A DNA stretch of 64,000 nt. Source: Trichoplax adhaerens. Taxonomy: Eukaryota; Animalia; Placozoa. Positions 1 through 14,400 of this stretch are shown here, one piece after another (position 1 is the first letter of the stretch; the number at the start of each line of letters is the position of its first letter). The stretch covers positions 1-64,000 of the forward strand of contig NW_002060948.1 in assembly GCF_000150275.1 (NCBI RefSeq), written 5' to 3'. A program made the position numbers and the translations under genes. The notes below the pieces were generated by a model that made no database searches, was not told where the DNA came from, and was given only the letters and a program-made list of their open reading frames with translations.

Positions 1-63
1 CCCTAACCCTAACCCTAACCCTAACCCTAACCCTAACCCTAACCCTAACCCTAACCCTAACCC
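1..63. repeat. Telomeric repeat (CCCTAA)n = TTAGGG on the minus strand; chromosome end
   Basis: About 10.5 perfect CCCTAA units from base 1, C-rich strand 5', the orientation expected at a left chromosome end. Confidence 0.97.
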
Positions 64-1671
64 CTTTTATATGATCAAGAAGTGTCAGTTTAGTAACATC
101 GATTAGTTATATTTATCATAATCCCTTAATGCGATATTTCGGCTTCTTAAATACGAATACATTTAGCTTATTTTCCTGCAATACTAATGACATTATTTAT
201 TACTTCATTAAGACATACACTATATGTTCGATGATACATACTATCACTGTATCCCTTAACGCATAACTACCGTAATTAGCTGATTTCATTGCACAGTATT
301 TCATAGCTATAACCTATATCATATATGACTACTATACAGTTATAAGCTAAAAATATGAACTTATTTCATACGGTATTACAAACGGTCCATTGCTCTCAGA
401 ATGCTTCATAATTGATTTGCTATGGATGTGATCTTAGGTTTGCTTAAACTGTACCGATAACAAAAAGAGAGATCTTCTTTTCAGTAATTGAGATTCATAT
501 ACGCACTAATATTGCTGCTGTTCATACATATTCTCAACCTAAACAAGGTTTATCGGGTATGAAGAATACTTAGGGGTTCAAATCTGTTTCATTTTAATTT
601 TGGAATAACAACTATTGTTTTACTAGTCTGATTTTATTCTATTGAGCAATACAACATATAAGAAAAGAGTTGATATTGGTTGCGTGAGTCAGAATAGTTT
701 GGAAATTTCAAGCATTTTATTTCATTTAATTGATAGTGAATTAAATCGAGCGATTTCAGTGATTTCAATCGTCTTGCATCTATAATGCATAACAATATAT
801 AACGTATCATCACATAATTTTCTTCATATTAAAAGGTTAAAAGTCAAACTTAGCGATGCAGTGAAATAGATATTGAGTACATTGCATTTAGTTATATTTC
901 GAATCTAATAATATTTTAACTGAGACTGAGGAATTAATGCTAAATGTAATTTTCTTCATCAACGTAATACCGAGCTCCTCTAAAACCCGCATATTGCATT
1001 GATAATTAATTGATCGATGGAATCTTAATTGAGAAAGGCTAGCCGTGATGTCCTGTAGATAGTAGCCTTATCAATTCTTAAGATTGTACATAACTATTGC
1101 AATTTACTAACAAAGCCATGGAATAATTATTACTATTAATTCAGTATGCGCGCTACTACAGTATGCTGCTAGATATAATGCTGATTTATGTACTTGCATC
1201 AGGATCTTCGGTGATGAATATTTATAAATATTATGGGCTTCTACGATACAGTATCTAGAGACGATATATAAGTATCATTTTGCTATCTTCATTATATCTT
1301 GGCAATGCAACTTCTACGGTACTCAATGCTAAGATTTTACTAGCTATGATATATAATCACTGGTAAGATTGTTGCTCTCAGCTTGACTGATTATCTTGAA
1401 ATAAATCAAAATCTGAAACTTATCTTAGCAATGAGGTTAAAATGTCTACGGCACATTAATATGATCAAAATTTGACCATTTTGGTTATCACCGCATAAAA
1501 TGATAATACTTGTATTACTTTTAATTTAATAGAAGTGAGTTATTTTCCTGAATATGAGCAATTTTTATGAGCAAAAAAGTAAATTCTCTTATTATAGATA
1601 CACCAAACACACTTTCATGAAATAAGTCAGCGATAATACCACAATAGTGTAGATAGAATACAAAAATTGAA

Positions 1672-4600
1672 TCATGACATATTAAGATTAGTTGAAACTG
1701 ATGCGTAATAACCTCCGCCTGATTGTTGCGGTACACCATCATGGGCTTGGTGTGTTGTTATGTGTTGAAAATTAGCGTCTCCAGATACGGCATTTGAAGA
1801 GGCATTACTACTAGCAGTATACTGCTGGACAGTAGGTAATGGATAGGAACCATATCTATGGTTAAATCGAGTCATTAAATCTGGTGTGCCAATAAGAGGT
1901 AACTGCTGAAACGATTTGGTGGTAGAACCATATTGCGATGGACCAGCTCGTGGATTGCCTTGCATCAAGCTTTCACCTGTAAAGACAGATTGCTGCAATG
2001 GTACTTGCATGCCGTGATTATAATCCGGTCGACTAATTTGAGCTGATGAATAGGAATACTGATTTACACCAACGCTTACAGGCGCAGTACTACCACTAAT
2101 TGTGCTAATATTGGTTGCTTGTCTTTCACGTTTTCGCCATTTTGCGCGACGATTTTGAAACCATACCTGAACATATCAGAAAATGTCATGTTAATACATT
2201 TTCTTGGCTAATAAGCTATTAACGCATTGGTTATGAAGTAGGTATAATTTAAAGCATGCATTAAAATAATCTATAGTAAAAACTGTAAAGTCAATGCTGA
2301 TTTTCTTCTCGATAAACAGTGCGTTAATATGAGCAGTTATATGTGCATTGTATAGAGATGTCGTTTATAATACTGAATTGAGCTTCTCATAGTAAACACC
2401 TCAAAAATATAATTAATAGAATACACGGTATTGTATTTCTAAAAATTAAAGACCCAAAAGCGATTTATGAATTATTTTTTCGAAAGAATTAAATAATAAA
2501 TATTCATGATATGATTTGACGACTTTTTTCTCGGTAAAATCTATAAAGAGTTCAAGCCAAAGGTTGATAAATTTGATTTAGCTGAACATCAATATTCCAC
2601 CAATATAGCAGTGAAATCGATTGATATTACTCTATTTAGCTAAATCAAATTACTTTTTTTGCACCAAGATTGCTGAAATACAGATTTATATAGTACAGAT
2701 TAAAATTTTATTTGTTTTAATAGACTTATCGCATTTAAAGTTGCGTCCACTTTTACCGCTACTTTGATGCAGTATTATCCAATGATATTAAATAAAGCGT
2801 AGGAGGATTGTTTAATGAAATTCGACAGCTAAAGAAATTTATCCATGAAATTTAATTATTTTATGATATGAACTTTTCTTGATTAAGGATTAGAGCGCCA
2901 TTAAACTGAGTATAACTAATAGAAAAACCGACAGAGACTTGTCATAATCTCATTTACCATGTGGCATTCAAAGCATTCTACGAACGTCGATCTCATTTTT
3001 ATTAAATCTAATTAGACGGTCAGTATAATAATTTAATATGAGGTTGAAAGCTGGTTCTATCTAGAAGTATGTTACTCTTTGTCATCGTTTGGTTTTTAGA
3101 ATTACTTCATTTGCGACAGTTATTGAAAAATTCTTATTCGGACAGATTATATACTATATGTAAATAATAAGAACATGAAGATTACATAAATGGGCTATTA
3201 TGAGGAAAATTCATTGACGGCTATTTTTGCTGCTAAATTATAATCACGCCATAAACTGCAATTAATTAATTATAATTAAGTTATTATGATCTGATATTGT
3301 TTATGTCGTCGTGATGATAAGATAATATCGATTTAAAACTTCTTGTGATATTAAACATTGTCAAATTTAACTGGACTTTTATTAATTTTTTAATTGGTTC
3401 CTTAATTCGGTTCTCATCATAAAACGATGCTCCGCTGAATTCAGTGGACAAAATTAGAAATTTTGCACAAACGGTCGAATAGATTTCTATTATTAGGTGT
3501 TAAATTAGTGATCTTGCCNNNNNNNNNNNNNNNNNNNNNNNNNNNNNNNNNNNNNNNNNNNNNNNNNNNNNNNNNNNNNNNNNNNNNNNNNNNNNNNNNN
3601 NNNNNNNNNNNNNNNNNNNNNNNNNNNNNNNNNNNNNNNNNNNNNNNNNNNNNNNNNNNNNNNNNNNNNNNNNNNNNNNNNNNNNNNNNNNNNNNNNNNN
3701 NNNNNNNNNNNNNNNNNNNNNNNNNNNNNNNNNNNNNNNNNNNNNNNNNNNNNNNNNNNNNNNNNNNNNNNNNNNNNNNNNNNNNNNNNNNNNNNNNNNN
3801 NNNNNNNNNNNNNNNNNNNNNNNNNNNNNNNNNNNNNNNNNNNNNNNNNNNNNNNNNNNNNNNNNNNNNNNNNNNNNNNNNNNNNNNNNNNNNNNNNNNN
3901 NNNNNNNNNNNNNNNNNNNNNNNNNNNNNNNNNNNNNNNNNNNNNNNNNNNNNNNNNNNNNNNNNNNNNNNNNNNNNNNNNNNNNNNNNNNNNNNNNNNN
4001 NNNNNNNNNNNNNNNNNNNNNNNNNNNNNNNNNTTCCATAGCTTCCTTACCGGTGGAACTCTGTGAGGGGTTTCTGTTTCTTAAATAATCTGTTTGATTC
4101 ATTCGTTCTTCTACGGAAAAAAGAAGACAGTCAACGCTATTGGAGCAATAACAAACGAAAATCAGTTGTGGAAACTCTACAATTATTTAATATTTGCTAC
4201 ATTACATTATTAGTAAATAGAATTAGCATTATCGTTATGAAGGAGGGTAATTTTATAATACAACTGGCTGTCATAAGAAAGTTGATTAATTTAGTTATAT
4301 AGCAAAATACTATAATAACCGATATTTAGGGTCGATAGAAACAAGAGTATAAAAATGATGGCTGCTGTGAAATGTGATTGATGATAATCTGTTGAAGAAA
4401 ATATATCTCCAGCGGATATTAAACGATATCTTGTATTATAAAACAATGCGAAATAATCGTTAATGCTATTCCTTTTAATTCTAAAACTTTGACTTATACT
4501 CGGATTTTTGCAGAAATTGTAACAAAAGATTCATTCAATATCGTTTAATTTGATGCTACGTAACAAAAATTAAATTAAAATTTATAACGTGTAAAATGAC

Positions 4601-6690
4601 TTTGTCAATTAATGTTGATAGACAAGAAGGTAGGGTAAAGCTTGATTCACTTAGAGTTTAATAAATCAGTGTGTGCTTCATGGACTAATTTAACTTTTCT
4701 CTAACTCATGCAATATGATTATTACATTAGCTATAAAATTATTTTTACAATCATTCTATTTTGAGTAATACTCTTACCTGAGGTATAACTAAGGATTGAG
4801 TTAAATTTAATGTTGATAAGTTATAATTATAGCATAAAGCAAATGCTTCATCAACTCCAATAAGAGCCACAAGGGTTATAATTAAAACTATACTCATTTA
4901 AAAGTATTTATCAAAGATCTTTAATATACAAATCATCTACTAAAATGCGTTAATAGTACGTAAATGGGGCCCTTTTGGATACATTGGAGGTACAACGATT
5001 AACTTAATATTAATGATGGGCCCATGTTTATTTTATATTGGGCTAGATTAATGATTAGTTATAAAATATTAGAAACTTTTGTGATGGTTACCATTTCGTT
5101 GTGGTTATTATCCGAAAGTTATTCTTAACCAATAGAAAATTGAATCCATGACTAATATCAAAAGTCATACATTAGAGAAGTGTTTTTTCAACTGCATGTT
5201 TCTATATTGTAGAACTATTTATTGTGAATTATTTTTTATAATCAAAGTAACAATCTTCAATCAAGATTGCAGATTAATAGAAGAGAATAAACGTACGTAT
5301 TCTACGGTAATGGCGAGAAATGACGTAAATTTTCTCTGGATTAAGATTACCTTATCCTGTATATTGCACATCTGCTCATGCCTATCACATTAGTTTATAA
5401 GGTAAAAAACGATAACGTAACTACAAACAAAAGTTATGACCGGTCGAGTGGATAGGAATTAATTATTAATCTAATACATTTCTAATTACTCATGCTATCG
5501 CTTCGTTAGCTTTAATGAGATGAAGAAGTAGAACAGTTATACGCATTTAATTAATTGTATGTTAAATATACTCGTAAATGGAGCGAATTTTATTACACTT
5601 CAATGGAATTTGGATAAATTGTTATCTCTTAAAATTATGGAAAGCGATACTTTAGTCTTCAAGGCTGAGATAATAAAGAGATACTAATCTAGTATATTTA
5701 TGATGCTGATGAAATTAAGATAGTGTTACATAAGATAACTTTTTGAATATCTAATACTTAATAACATCCAATTGAATTGATTATAAATCGAGATCATATC
5801 AAAGATAGCCATTAACGATTTTAACTATTTTAATGTCAAATTGAATATGGTGCTAGAAAGTAAAGATTATATCTAGCTACTTGGATAATAATTTACGCTG
5901 ATCGATTATGAACTAAAATGACCGATAGAAGTTTAAAGATTTGGTTATTATAGTTACGATTATTTTTTATGTCAATAACGTTCTTGACTGGCGATATTAT
6001 TAGATTTTCGGAAAATGATTTACTAAATTAGGTTAAATTAGAGATATGACGCTACAATCATGTTAGAAGAATTGCATAGAGGTTGTTGATTATTTTATAT
6101 TGATGCAAAGGGAGAGAAAAGAAAGAACATGCTTGTTAAATTAAATTTTCATGATATTGATTTAAAGCTAGCCGTAGATAATATGATCTGTTGCATTAAC
6201 TGATATAATTTGCATAGCAATAATTATCGTAACCTAATTTTTTCTTATAACCCCAAAATTGAAGACGTTTAGCTACGTTCGACATGTTATTTAATTACAC
6301 AACTCTATTACAAATAAAAGCAAATTTTGAAATAAGATTGTCAATTCAGTTGAAATCTGGTTATACTTGTCAAGTTAAGATTACATGGCGCCAATTATAA
6401 AGTCAAATAATGATATTATAGAGTAATGATCAAATACTATCGGCCATTAGCCTTGTTCGACTTTTACTTTTGATTTATTACTTATATTGTTATCTAAATA
6501 TTAAAATTTCATTTTAATAGGTTATACAATTCATCTTATAATCTACTAACTCACCGGTGGTAGATTTATTAGTTGTAATATCTTGCTTTTGATTTTTGTG
6601 CGGGATTGCTTGTCCTTTGCCTGTCGTTGTTACTGTAGTATTATCGTAATAGAAATGGAGTTGTGAATTAACTTGAGAATTTTCTGCCAT
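1672..6690 (-). CDS. PRD-class Q50 paired-like homeobox transcription factor (aristaless/Arx-like); incomplete because of the assembly gap
   Basis: Exons (-): 6690-6555 (MAENSQVNSQLHFYYDNTT..., G|gtgagt), 4110-4051 (ERMNQTDYLRNRNPSQSST, phase-1 compatible, G|gtaagg), a missing exon, and 2166-1672 starting tcag|VWFQNRRAKWRKRERQ. That is helix 3 with Q50 and the PRD-class intron between homeodomain residues 46/47. No OAR or CVC motif seen in the C-terminus. Confidence 0.85.
3519..4033. other. Assembly gap (515 N)
   Basis: Run of N. Confidence 0.99.
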
Positions 6691-9600
6691 CGTCCACTAT
6701 CTTAAATTTAATATCCTGACCTACTTTGATTAGATTGTCTTGGAAGAGGAGGAGGAAGAGGAGGGGAAGAGGGATGATAGTCAGGCGCCACAGATATGTC
6801 AGCTAAAGGCACAGCAAGGAATAAACTTGTGCTAACGTCCATCATATTGTAGTATCCAATCAGAGCTAGACATGTTAATTAAAGAAATTTAATCCAAATG
6901 AAGTACATTGGACTAGGCGTGACTCTAACTTAGCCATAATTAAAAAATTGAACTTTTTGATAGGCAACCTATTCAAAGCACCATCTGTTTGAAGCTATTC
7001 TAACGTTAAAAGATTGAGAGGTAACTGAATATGAAAACAGATTATTTTTTGGTAAGTTGTTATGTTTTTATATTTGGTCAGATACAGCAAAGATTAGTAG
7101 CAATGACTTCATTACCGAATTTATTTATTTTTTGCATTACATGTTTAGTCATTGCGTATAGGCTATTCTTGAAAAATATATTTGCAATGTGTATTTGAAT
7201 TGATAGAAGTCATAATCTGTGAGACTAAGGACCTCGATGACGAATAGAATTAACATCCGTTCAGTAAATCGGATCGATATTGAATTATCTACTAACAGAC
7301 AATAAACATATGGCTAGATAGAGTTAAAAAAATTCATAAATAAATATATTTGCTAATCATTTAGAGTACAACAACTTTTTCATAGTGATTATTGACTTAT
7401 TTTTGGATCACTGATGTGAACATTATGTTTCAACATTGGTCAAATGTAACTATTTGTATTGAATTGTTCAAAACATTAATACAATAGTGTTGTAGTCTTT
7501 ACACCATTAGCAAGCTGAATAGGCAGCTAAATTGAATTTTCATGATTAATTAATAAGACAATGCAAATTGTAGCAAAATAACGAGTTACAAAATAGAATT
7601 ATGCCATCTTAGCTATGAATATTATCATTATTCAATTATTGACTAGTATTGTCAAAATAATAATAAAACTGAAAATACATTAAGATCTATTATTACTTAT
7701 CATTGATTCAATATGGGTTTCCAACAACACCAATTTTGGCTATGATCATAGTTCAAATCCATTGATGATTATGAATGTTATAGCTATGCTGCCAACAATG
7801 TGCTTAGAAAGATCAATACGTTTAATAAAATTGATCTTTCTCAATAGATGACAAGATGATAGTCAAGTTTGATCTATTTAATCATATTATTACTTTTTCT
7901 TACTACAGCGTCTGTATGACAATAATATTTTTTACTCAATATTTTGATCATTAAAATGGGTATAATAACATCAGCTAATAGATTTTAACTTTGGGTTAAT
8001 CTCATAGTAAAAAATGTGAGAACTTAATGAGATTTAATGCCTATATTATGCCCTATTAACTTGCGTCAATTTCTTACTTTTCTCATGATATTGATTTATA
8101 AACCAAGCCAGATTGGAGCTATAAGTGCGTGTAATTTTTTTACCCAAAAAATGTTAGCTTTAAGCAACGACTTTATCGTCCGTCCCTCCACAGATACAAA
8201 AAGTGTACAACAATTGAAAAGTACTATTCTATGAGCCTATCCTATCAATTATTCAAGATAAAACGAGAATAGGCAAAATGCCTTAAAATCAGTCTAGTCT
8301 ATTTTCAAATTGATTAGAGTATTAATTTCCAATGATAATTCGTTTAGGTAATAAAATTGTACTTCGTGAGTTATGCTAATCTCAAATATTTAGTCCTCGC
8401 AAATGCTCTAATTAGATATTTCAAAAGGGTCCATTTCATTTTCATGTCAGGCCAATTTACCATGTTTTTAACCAAAGTCAATAGTCCTTCAATTTCAAAG
8501 GTTAGTAATTATATGTCTGTATTAGCTATCGTCAATACCTCATTATATTGAGGTAGATAGAATAGTTATTATCCTTTCATTGTAATCGACAGGCATAAAA
8601 TGGTGATTATAGCTACAAATATTGACATTTTACATCCGTAAATCAATATGTAAAAGACTAATAATAACTGTTTAATATAGTATACGAGTATATTTATGAT
8701 TTAAAAGCAATTACAAGTAAAGAAATCTGAGCTGTGATGAGATCATGTTTTGCCAAGTTAAGATCGATATCTATGCTAATTTGATAATACTTTAGCTCTT
8801 TTTCAGGATAATTATTCTCTCCCTATAGATGTGGAGCGTTGGTCGGTATTGATTTGCATTAATTGGTCAATATTATAATATAATATGTATTTTTTAATTT
8901 AATTTTTAGGTAAAAACCCAATTAATATTATTCTTTTTAATATCATTAGCATATTATCAATCATTTGTTTTATACAATTTAGGATGATTTAAGTCCCATT
9001 ATAGACTACTATATTGTAACAGCTGCAGACTTAGTCTACAGTTTAACTGCTCGATACTAGGCTATAGAAAAAGGAATAATAACACATTTCTAATCAGAGT
9101 AAATTGCAAAGTAATAATCTATTATTTTCTTCGTCAGGATCGTTGGAATTGTTTAATATGACTGGTACAAAGATATTGGAGAAGATTGATAATGATATTA
9201 GAGAATATAAGGGTGTAAAGATAGGACATAGATTGCGCAACTAAAATGATACGGTAAACTTTATCGAAATTTTTCAAATAGACACATGATCTGTTTTCAC
9301 TATTATGCCAGAACAGTCTACTCAATTTAATTAAGGATTAAGGTCGTTTATCACAAATATTAGTAGTTAAATGTTTTCATCATTCATAAAACTGCTTCAA
9401 TTAATATTTTAGAAGTTTTTCATATCTAAATTAACGCTATCTGTTCGACTATATTGAAAAATAGACAGGCTTCATAATATTTACAAGATAATAATTTTAT
9501 TTATTTGACTCTTGCATAGCTTGATTTTTATGAGCCTTACACGATTATTATGTTATAGAATAAATTATATAAATTGATTCGTTTCTTTTGCATATTTAAA

Positions 9601-11015
9601 CGAAAAAATGGGAGTTATAAGTAGTAGTGATGCTGTTTGATGAGGAGGATATCTGCGCTATGATATGAAGTGTTATTAACCTTAAGTGGTTTAAATGATA
9701 AGTTTCTAAGATCAATAGGCAATCATCTGTTTTATTAATACATAAGCGATGATTTATAGGTGTAAATTGAAAAATTTCCTCTATTTTATTATTATGATGA
9801 TATTTATTTAATTTATTCTAATCGATATTACAAAGCAATTAAATTTATCTTGCAACTATACGCTTATTTAATATGATATTACTGGTAGTAACTCAATAAT
9901 CTTCATTGTTGTCACTTTATTATAAATCATAACGATGCTGATATAACAGAAGGATACAGTTTACTATTACAATGTTTATACAGTATTTAGAATGTGTCAC
10001 AAAGGAAATTATTTAGGTTAATGTGTCGAATTATTTTAATATCTCTCGAGCCAAAATTCTCGATACAAGATAATGACGGTGGAGCTATGTTATAGGATTT
10101 CTTCGCTTGTTTTACTCGATGTTTTAAAACGGCTTTTACAAGTTATTTGATGGGTAGAATCGGTTGTTTCATTAATGGCGTTATGAAGATCATGAAACAT
10201 GATCAGTACTTGGAATAGGGTGGATAATAGAAATACTCACAGAAAATTTGATACGGTTCGTTCATTAATACTCGGTGAAAATATTCAAATGCAGTGTTGT
10301 AGTTTGAAAAAGTTTGATGGCTTTCCCAGTTATCTCGAATAAATTGTGCGAAATAAGATATCTTTACATGATAGTATTGATATAAATTATGAATTTTAAG
10401 GTTGTCATTTAAAGAAAGATATACACTAGATTTTTAATGTAGACTTGCTAGTTAGTGCTAGATAATATTAAGATCGCTTTAAGTTATAAACGGCACGCAT
10501 GTATTCGAGATATTAACATACGTGTAATAAAAACAATAATAGAGATGATTTGGATAATCAATTGCTTATACGTATAAAGCAAAGCACATTACTTGATAAT
10601 CAAAAACTGAAGCATTATGTTACTCCATTTACTTTCGCAATCGAAATTTGAGCGAGTACAGATCATAGATAGTATCTGTAGTGATTTATACTAGATTATA
10701 TCCGGTGCATCTCGTTGAACGATATCCATATATACTCGCGCAGTAATCAACACAGCCTTCCATTAAAGTTGTGATCTGGTATGTGTACAGTGTACAACTG
10801 TACATATTATTATGGTATGATCTTTGAGCTTAAAATTATACAACACGGACGCAATATAAAGGACTACCGCGTTACCGTTATGGTCAACAAACCGCAACAT
10901 TTATAAGGCGGAGTATGAAGCGATTCAATGTTTCAAAGGTTAATATGTATAAACTCTAAAATACAATAAGTACGCGTATAATAATCGAAAGAGATCTCAT
11001 AAGGCGATCGTTATT

Positions 11016-11065
11016 NNNNNNNNNNNNNNNNNNNNNNNNNNNNNNNNNNNNNNNNNNNNNNNNNN
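11016..11065. other. Assembly gap (50 N)
   Basis: Run of N. Confidence 0.99.
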
Positions 11066-11400
11066 AAAAGCATAACCGTCACTGGTATTACCATCTATTC
11101 GTTATCCGCATTATCATATATATTTGGTAACGTATACATAGGTACGTAAACAGTTTAGGGGTAAAGGCATTATATAATGATCTTGTCAAACTGTACAGTA
11201 ACATAAGATAATAATAATTATACAGTACAAATTATCTATTAGAAAGTTTATCTGTAGCATTTTATAAAGCTGCCTTCGTAATATTAATTTCAAGATCACG
11301 AGCTATTACTATTACCATGTCATATATAAGAGCACTTTAAAACAATTCAACCTTGGTTGCATAGCAAATCGAAAAATCGAAAGGAACACAATAATTAATT

Positions 11401-14400
11401 TTAATTGTAATAAACTTTATAATATAACGTTTTAGATCTGAATAGGGAGTAAGAATTATCGAATTTCAATAAGTAAACGCCCGGAGAGGGATACGCATGT
11501 GTACCAACAATAACGTTTTGATGAGAGTTTCTTCTATCCACTGGAATAATTGTGATGACTGGCGTCCTCTTAGTTCCACTTACACCGGCCAGTTCTATAT
11601 CATCTTCGTCCCCGCTACCTCTATAACCTTCTTCGTCTTCGCTGTCGTATTCATCATCATCTCCATACTCCTGTTAATTTAATGAGTGGCATTATAACAA
11701 GTCAACGTTATTCTAATTTAAAGTTATACTGAATATAGATATAACTTACCATATTAGCGCCAGTGTCCGTTTCAAATACGGGCATATAGCCTGGATCCGA
11801 AAACTCAAAACTTACTCCAAATCCAATGTCGTAATAGTCTGTAGCGAATTCCCAATATAATTTTGCTCCTTCCGGGTTGGTAGGAACGCGAATTGTGATG
11901 GTTTCTCCTCTTGATACAACCAGCTTGGATTCTGAAATTTCATTATTTAAATAATGAGTAAGTCATCCAAAACAATGTTATGATTGCGATAACTAATACA
12001 GCATGTGAGATTTATAGCAAGATGCAAAGTGATCAGGTGATTCTTAAACAGAACAATAGTAGTAATAGTCCAATATACCAGCATCATCCTTGAGTTGATT
12101 AATAAATTCATGAACAGCGGGTCTAGTCCATAGTGAAGGCTGCGGTATATCCTTTAACATTATATGCTTTGGTTCGACAGCATTGTCAACATCATCACCT
12201 TTGTTAAGTTCAGTTACAGTCTTTTCGGAAATTGGAACTGTGACATTCTGTCGCAATAATTAGCAGAAATACTGTTAAATATTCGCATTACCTAAGATAT
12301 TAGTATCTTTAAAAAGTATCTCCCAATTCTGATAACCGATTACTAAAAATTAAATTAACATCAATTATTGAATTACATCTATCAATCATTCTGTGCTGAT
12401 ATAAAAGTAATGGCACACGGAAATGCGACACAAACTGCAAAGTCATACAATAATAACATTTTATCGCTAACTTGTTGTTGACTTGGTGTAGGGTTCGTAA
12501 TTTTGTTTTCTACGCCTTGCATTTGTTGAGGAAGCGATGCTGCAGCTGTTTGTATTTCAGGAGTTGTATTTGATTGCTCGGACTTTATAGAAGGATCAGT
12601 ACGTACATTGACATGGCTAAGCTCTGGGGATGGCCTAGAAGGATAAACATGTGCTTCAATGATTATAGTAGGCAACATTCTAAAGTATTTCTTTATTACT
12701 AAAGGCTGCTATATTGTATTGTCCTTTCTTTTTTTCAAGTATTAGAAATCCATTATAACAAGTAATCTACTCTAAAGAGCTCAGCAATTCAGAATTGTTA
12801 ACTGAAAGAATTTCATATTTAAATGTATAGTAGACTGAAACAGTTATTGATGCATTGATCATTGATAATATTATAATTTAAATAAGTGAGACTTACGTTT
12901 GTGTAGTAGTTTGTGCGTTTCCATTTAAATTTTGAACACTTTCACCGATTGGATCTTGATGAACATTTCCTTCGTTACCTCTTGTAGTTTGGGCCTGAGC
13001 CTTTTCTAACTCGATCTGCTTCATTTTTTGACGCAATGCTTCCTCTTCTAAACGTCGTCTTTCTTCTTCTTGCTCCACTTGCAGGCGTATTCTTATTGAT
13101 TCGGCACGCTTCATTTGCTGCTGACGGGCGTTCTCAACAATTCCTGTCATCCACTTTTCAAATTTTGGGGCGACACCAGATAACAAATCAGAAAATCCTA
13201 TCATCGCTTCTTCCTGACTTGTACTACCCAATGCTATCCATGCTTGCCTAACAGAAAAGTCGGTATTCAACCGATTAATAACCAAATAATGAAGGATCGA
13301 AATGTAAGTATAGTTTAGTTAAGACAAATCGATCGAATAGTAGGTGAATTGAACCTCCTATCATTTCCGATGACATCTAAGTAGCCAATTTCAGGTGCTG
13401 TTTTATGATCGAAGGGTCCACATTCAACTTGTTTCCAAAATGCTATCAGCCTTAACTTATCATTGTACGACATCTTCAATGAGGCTTTTTCTATTTCATA
13501 TTTCAATAGCAATATTAAATAATGAAGGATAATAAATTTTCAAAATGGTATCATACACCTATTGATATTTATAAGATTCATTAATAACAGTACTCTAATT
13601 TAATGTAAACTAAAGGTTATTTGACAATTTGCATGAAGGTAGTCAATTAATAGCCAGCGAAATATGGATATGCATGTAATCAATTTCGCCTAGAGGTTAC
13701 AAGGTGGTGTACGATATATTTTTGATACAGTTTATTCCTTTCCTGGGTGAAAGGAGAAGCTTTTGATATCTTTTGTCATTTACTCATCGAGTAGATATCT
13801 ACTACTGTAAATTGTGGATCTTGATTCAACATCGCGCTGATACCCCTTCCATACAAGTAGATTAACAAGAGACGGGTTTGCCAAGAATTGTTGACGCTTT
13901 CATAAGCGTGTCTAAAACGGCGGAGTGTCGTAGTCAATAAGTCACCTTGACAATATTATCATCAATGCATTTATTTGAAAGATTGGTAAAAACGATACGC
14001 TTAGGCTTACGTTTATATTAGGAAAGTTTCGATGAACATGTTTCTCTTTAATTCAAGTGAAAGACGCAAGAAATGCAAGTATACCAGTCATTGTTAACAA
14101 AGCTATAGCAGCAAATGGAGTCGTAGATTGTAGTATGGAAGTAAGATTTGACTTGCATCACTACCGTACTCCATGTAAAGCGTCAATGTAGTGAGTGAAT
14201 ATTGAGTAATGGCTATGATAATATTGCTATCAAGTACCGGTAATTGAATGCAGTTAATGATATCGTACTGTATGATGCAGGCGAGATCCTTGAGGTTGTG
14301 ACCATTCATAGAGTATAGTGTGCGTTTCTTCTACGCGTATGCTACTAAAGTAGGGTAAAGTATAACTGGTTCAAATGATGACTTGTTACATTTGCGCTAT

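Noticed and set aside
1672-2166. Naming the homeobox gene Vsx, Pitx, Mix or Arx
   Set aside because: Q50 excludes Pitx, no CVC or OAR motif is visible, and the diagnostic first 46 residues are missing, so no symbol was assigned.
3463-4102. 192-aa and 200-aa ORFs
   Set aside because: Open only because they span the N gap; just 4110-4051 is a supportable exon.
4778-4788. Possible 11-nt microexon (ttag|TTATACCTCAG|gtaaga, - strand) in the homeobox gene
   Set aside because: It would break the frame between two already phase-compatible exons; no other support.
7000-11000. Short ORFs (8037, 8357, 9134) upstream of the homeobox gene
   Set aside because: No coherent exon chain found; likely regulatory intergenic DNA.
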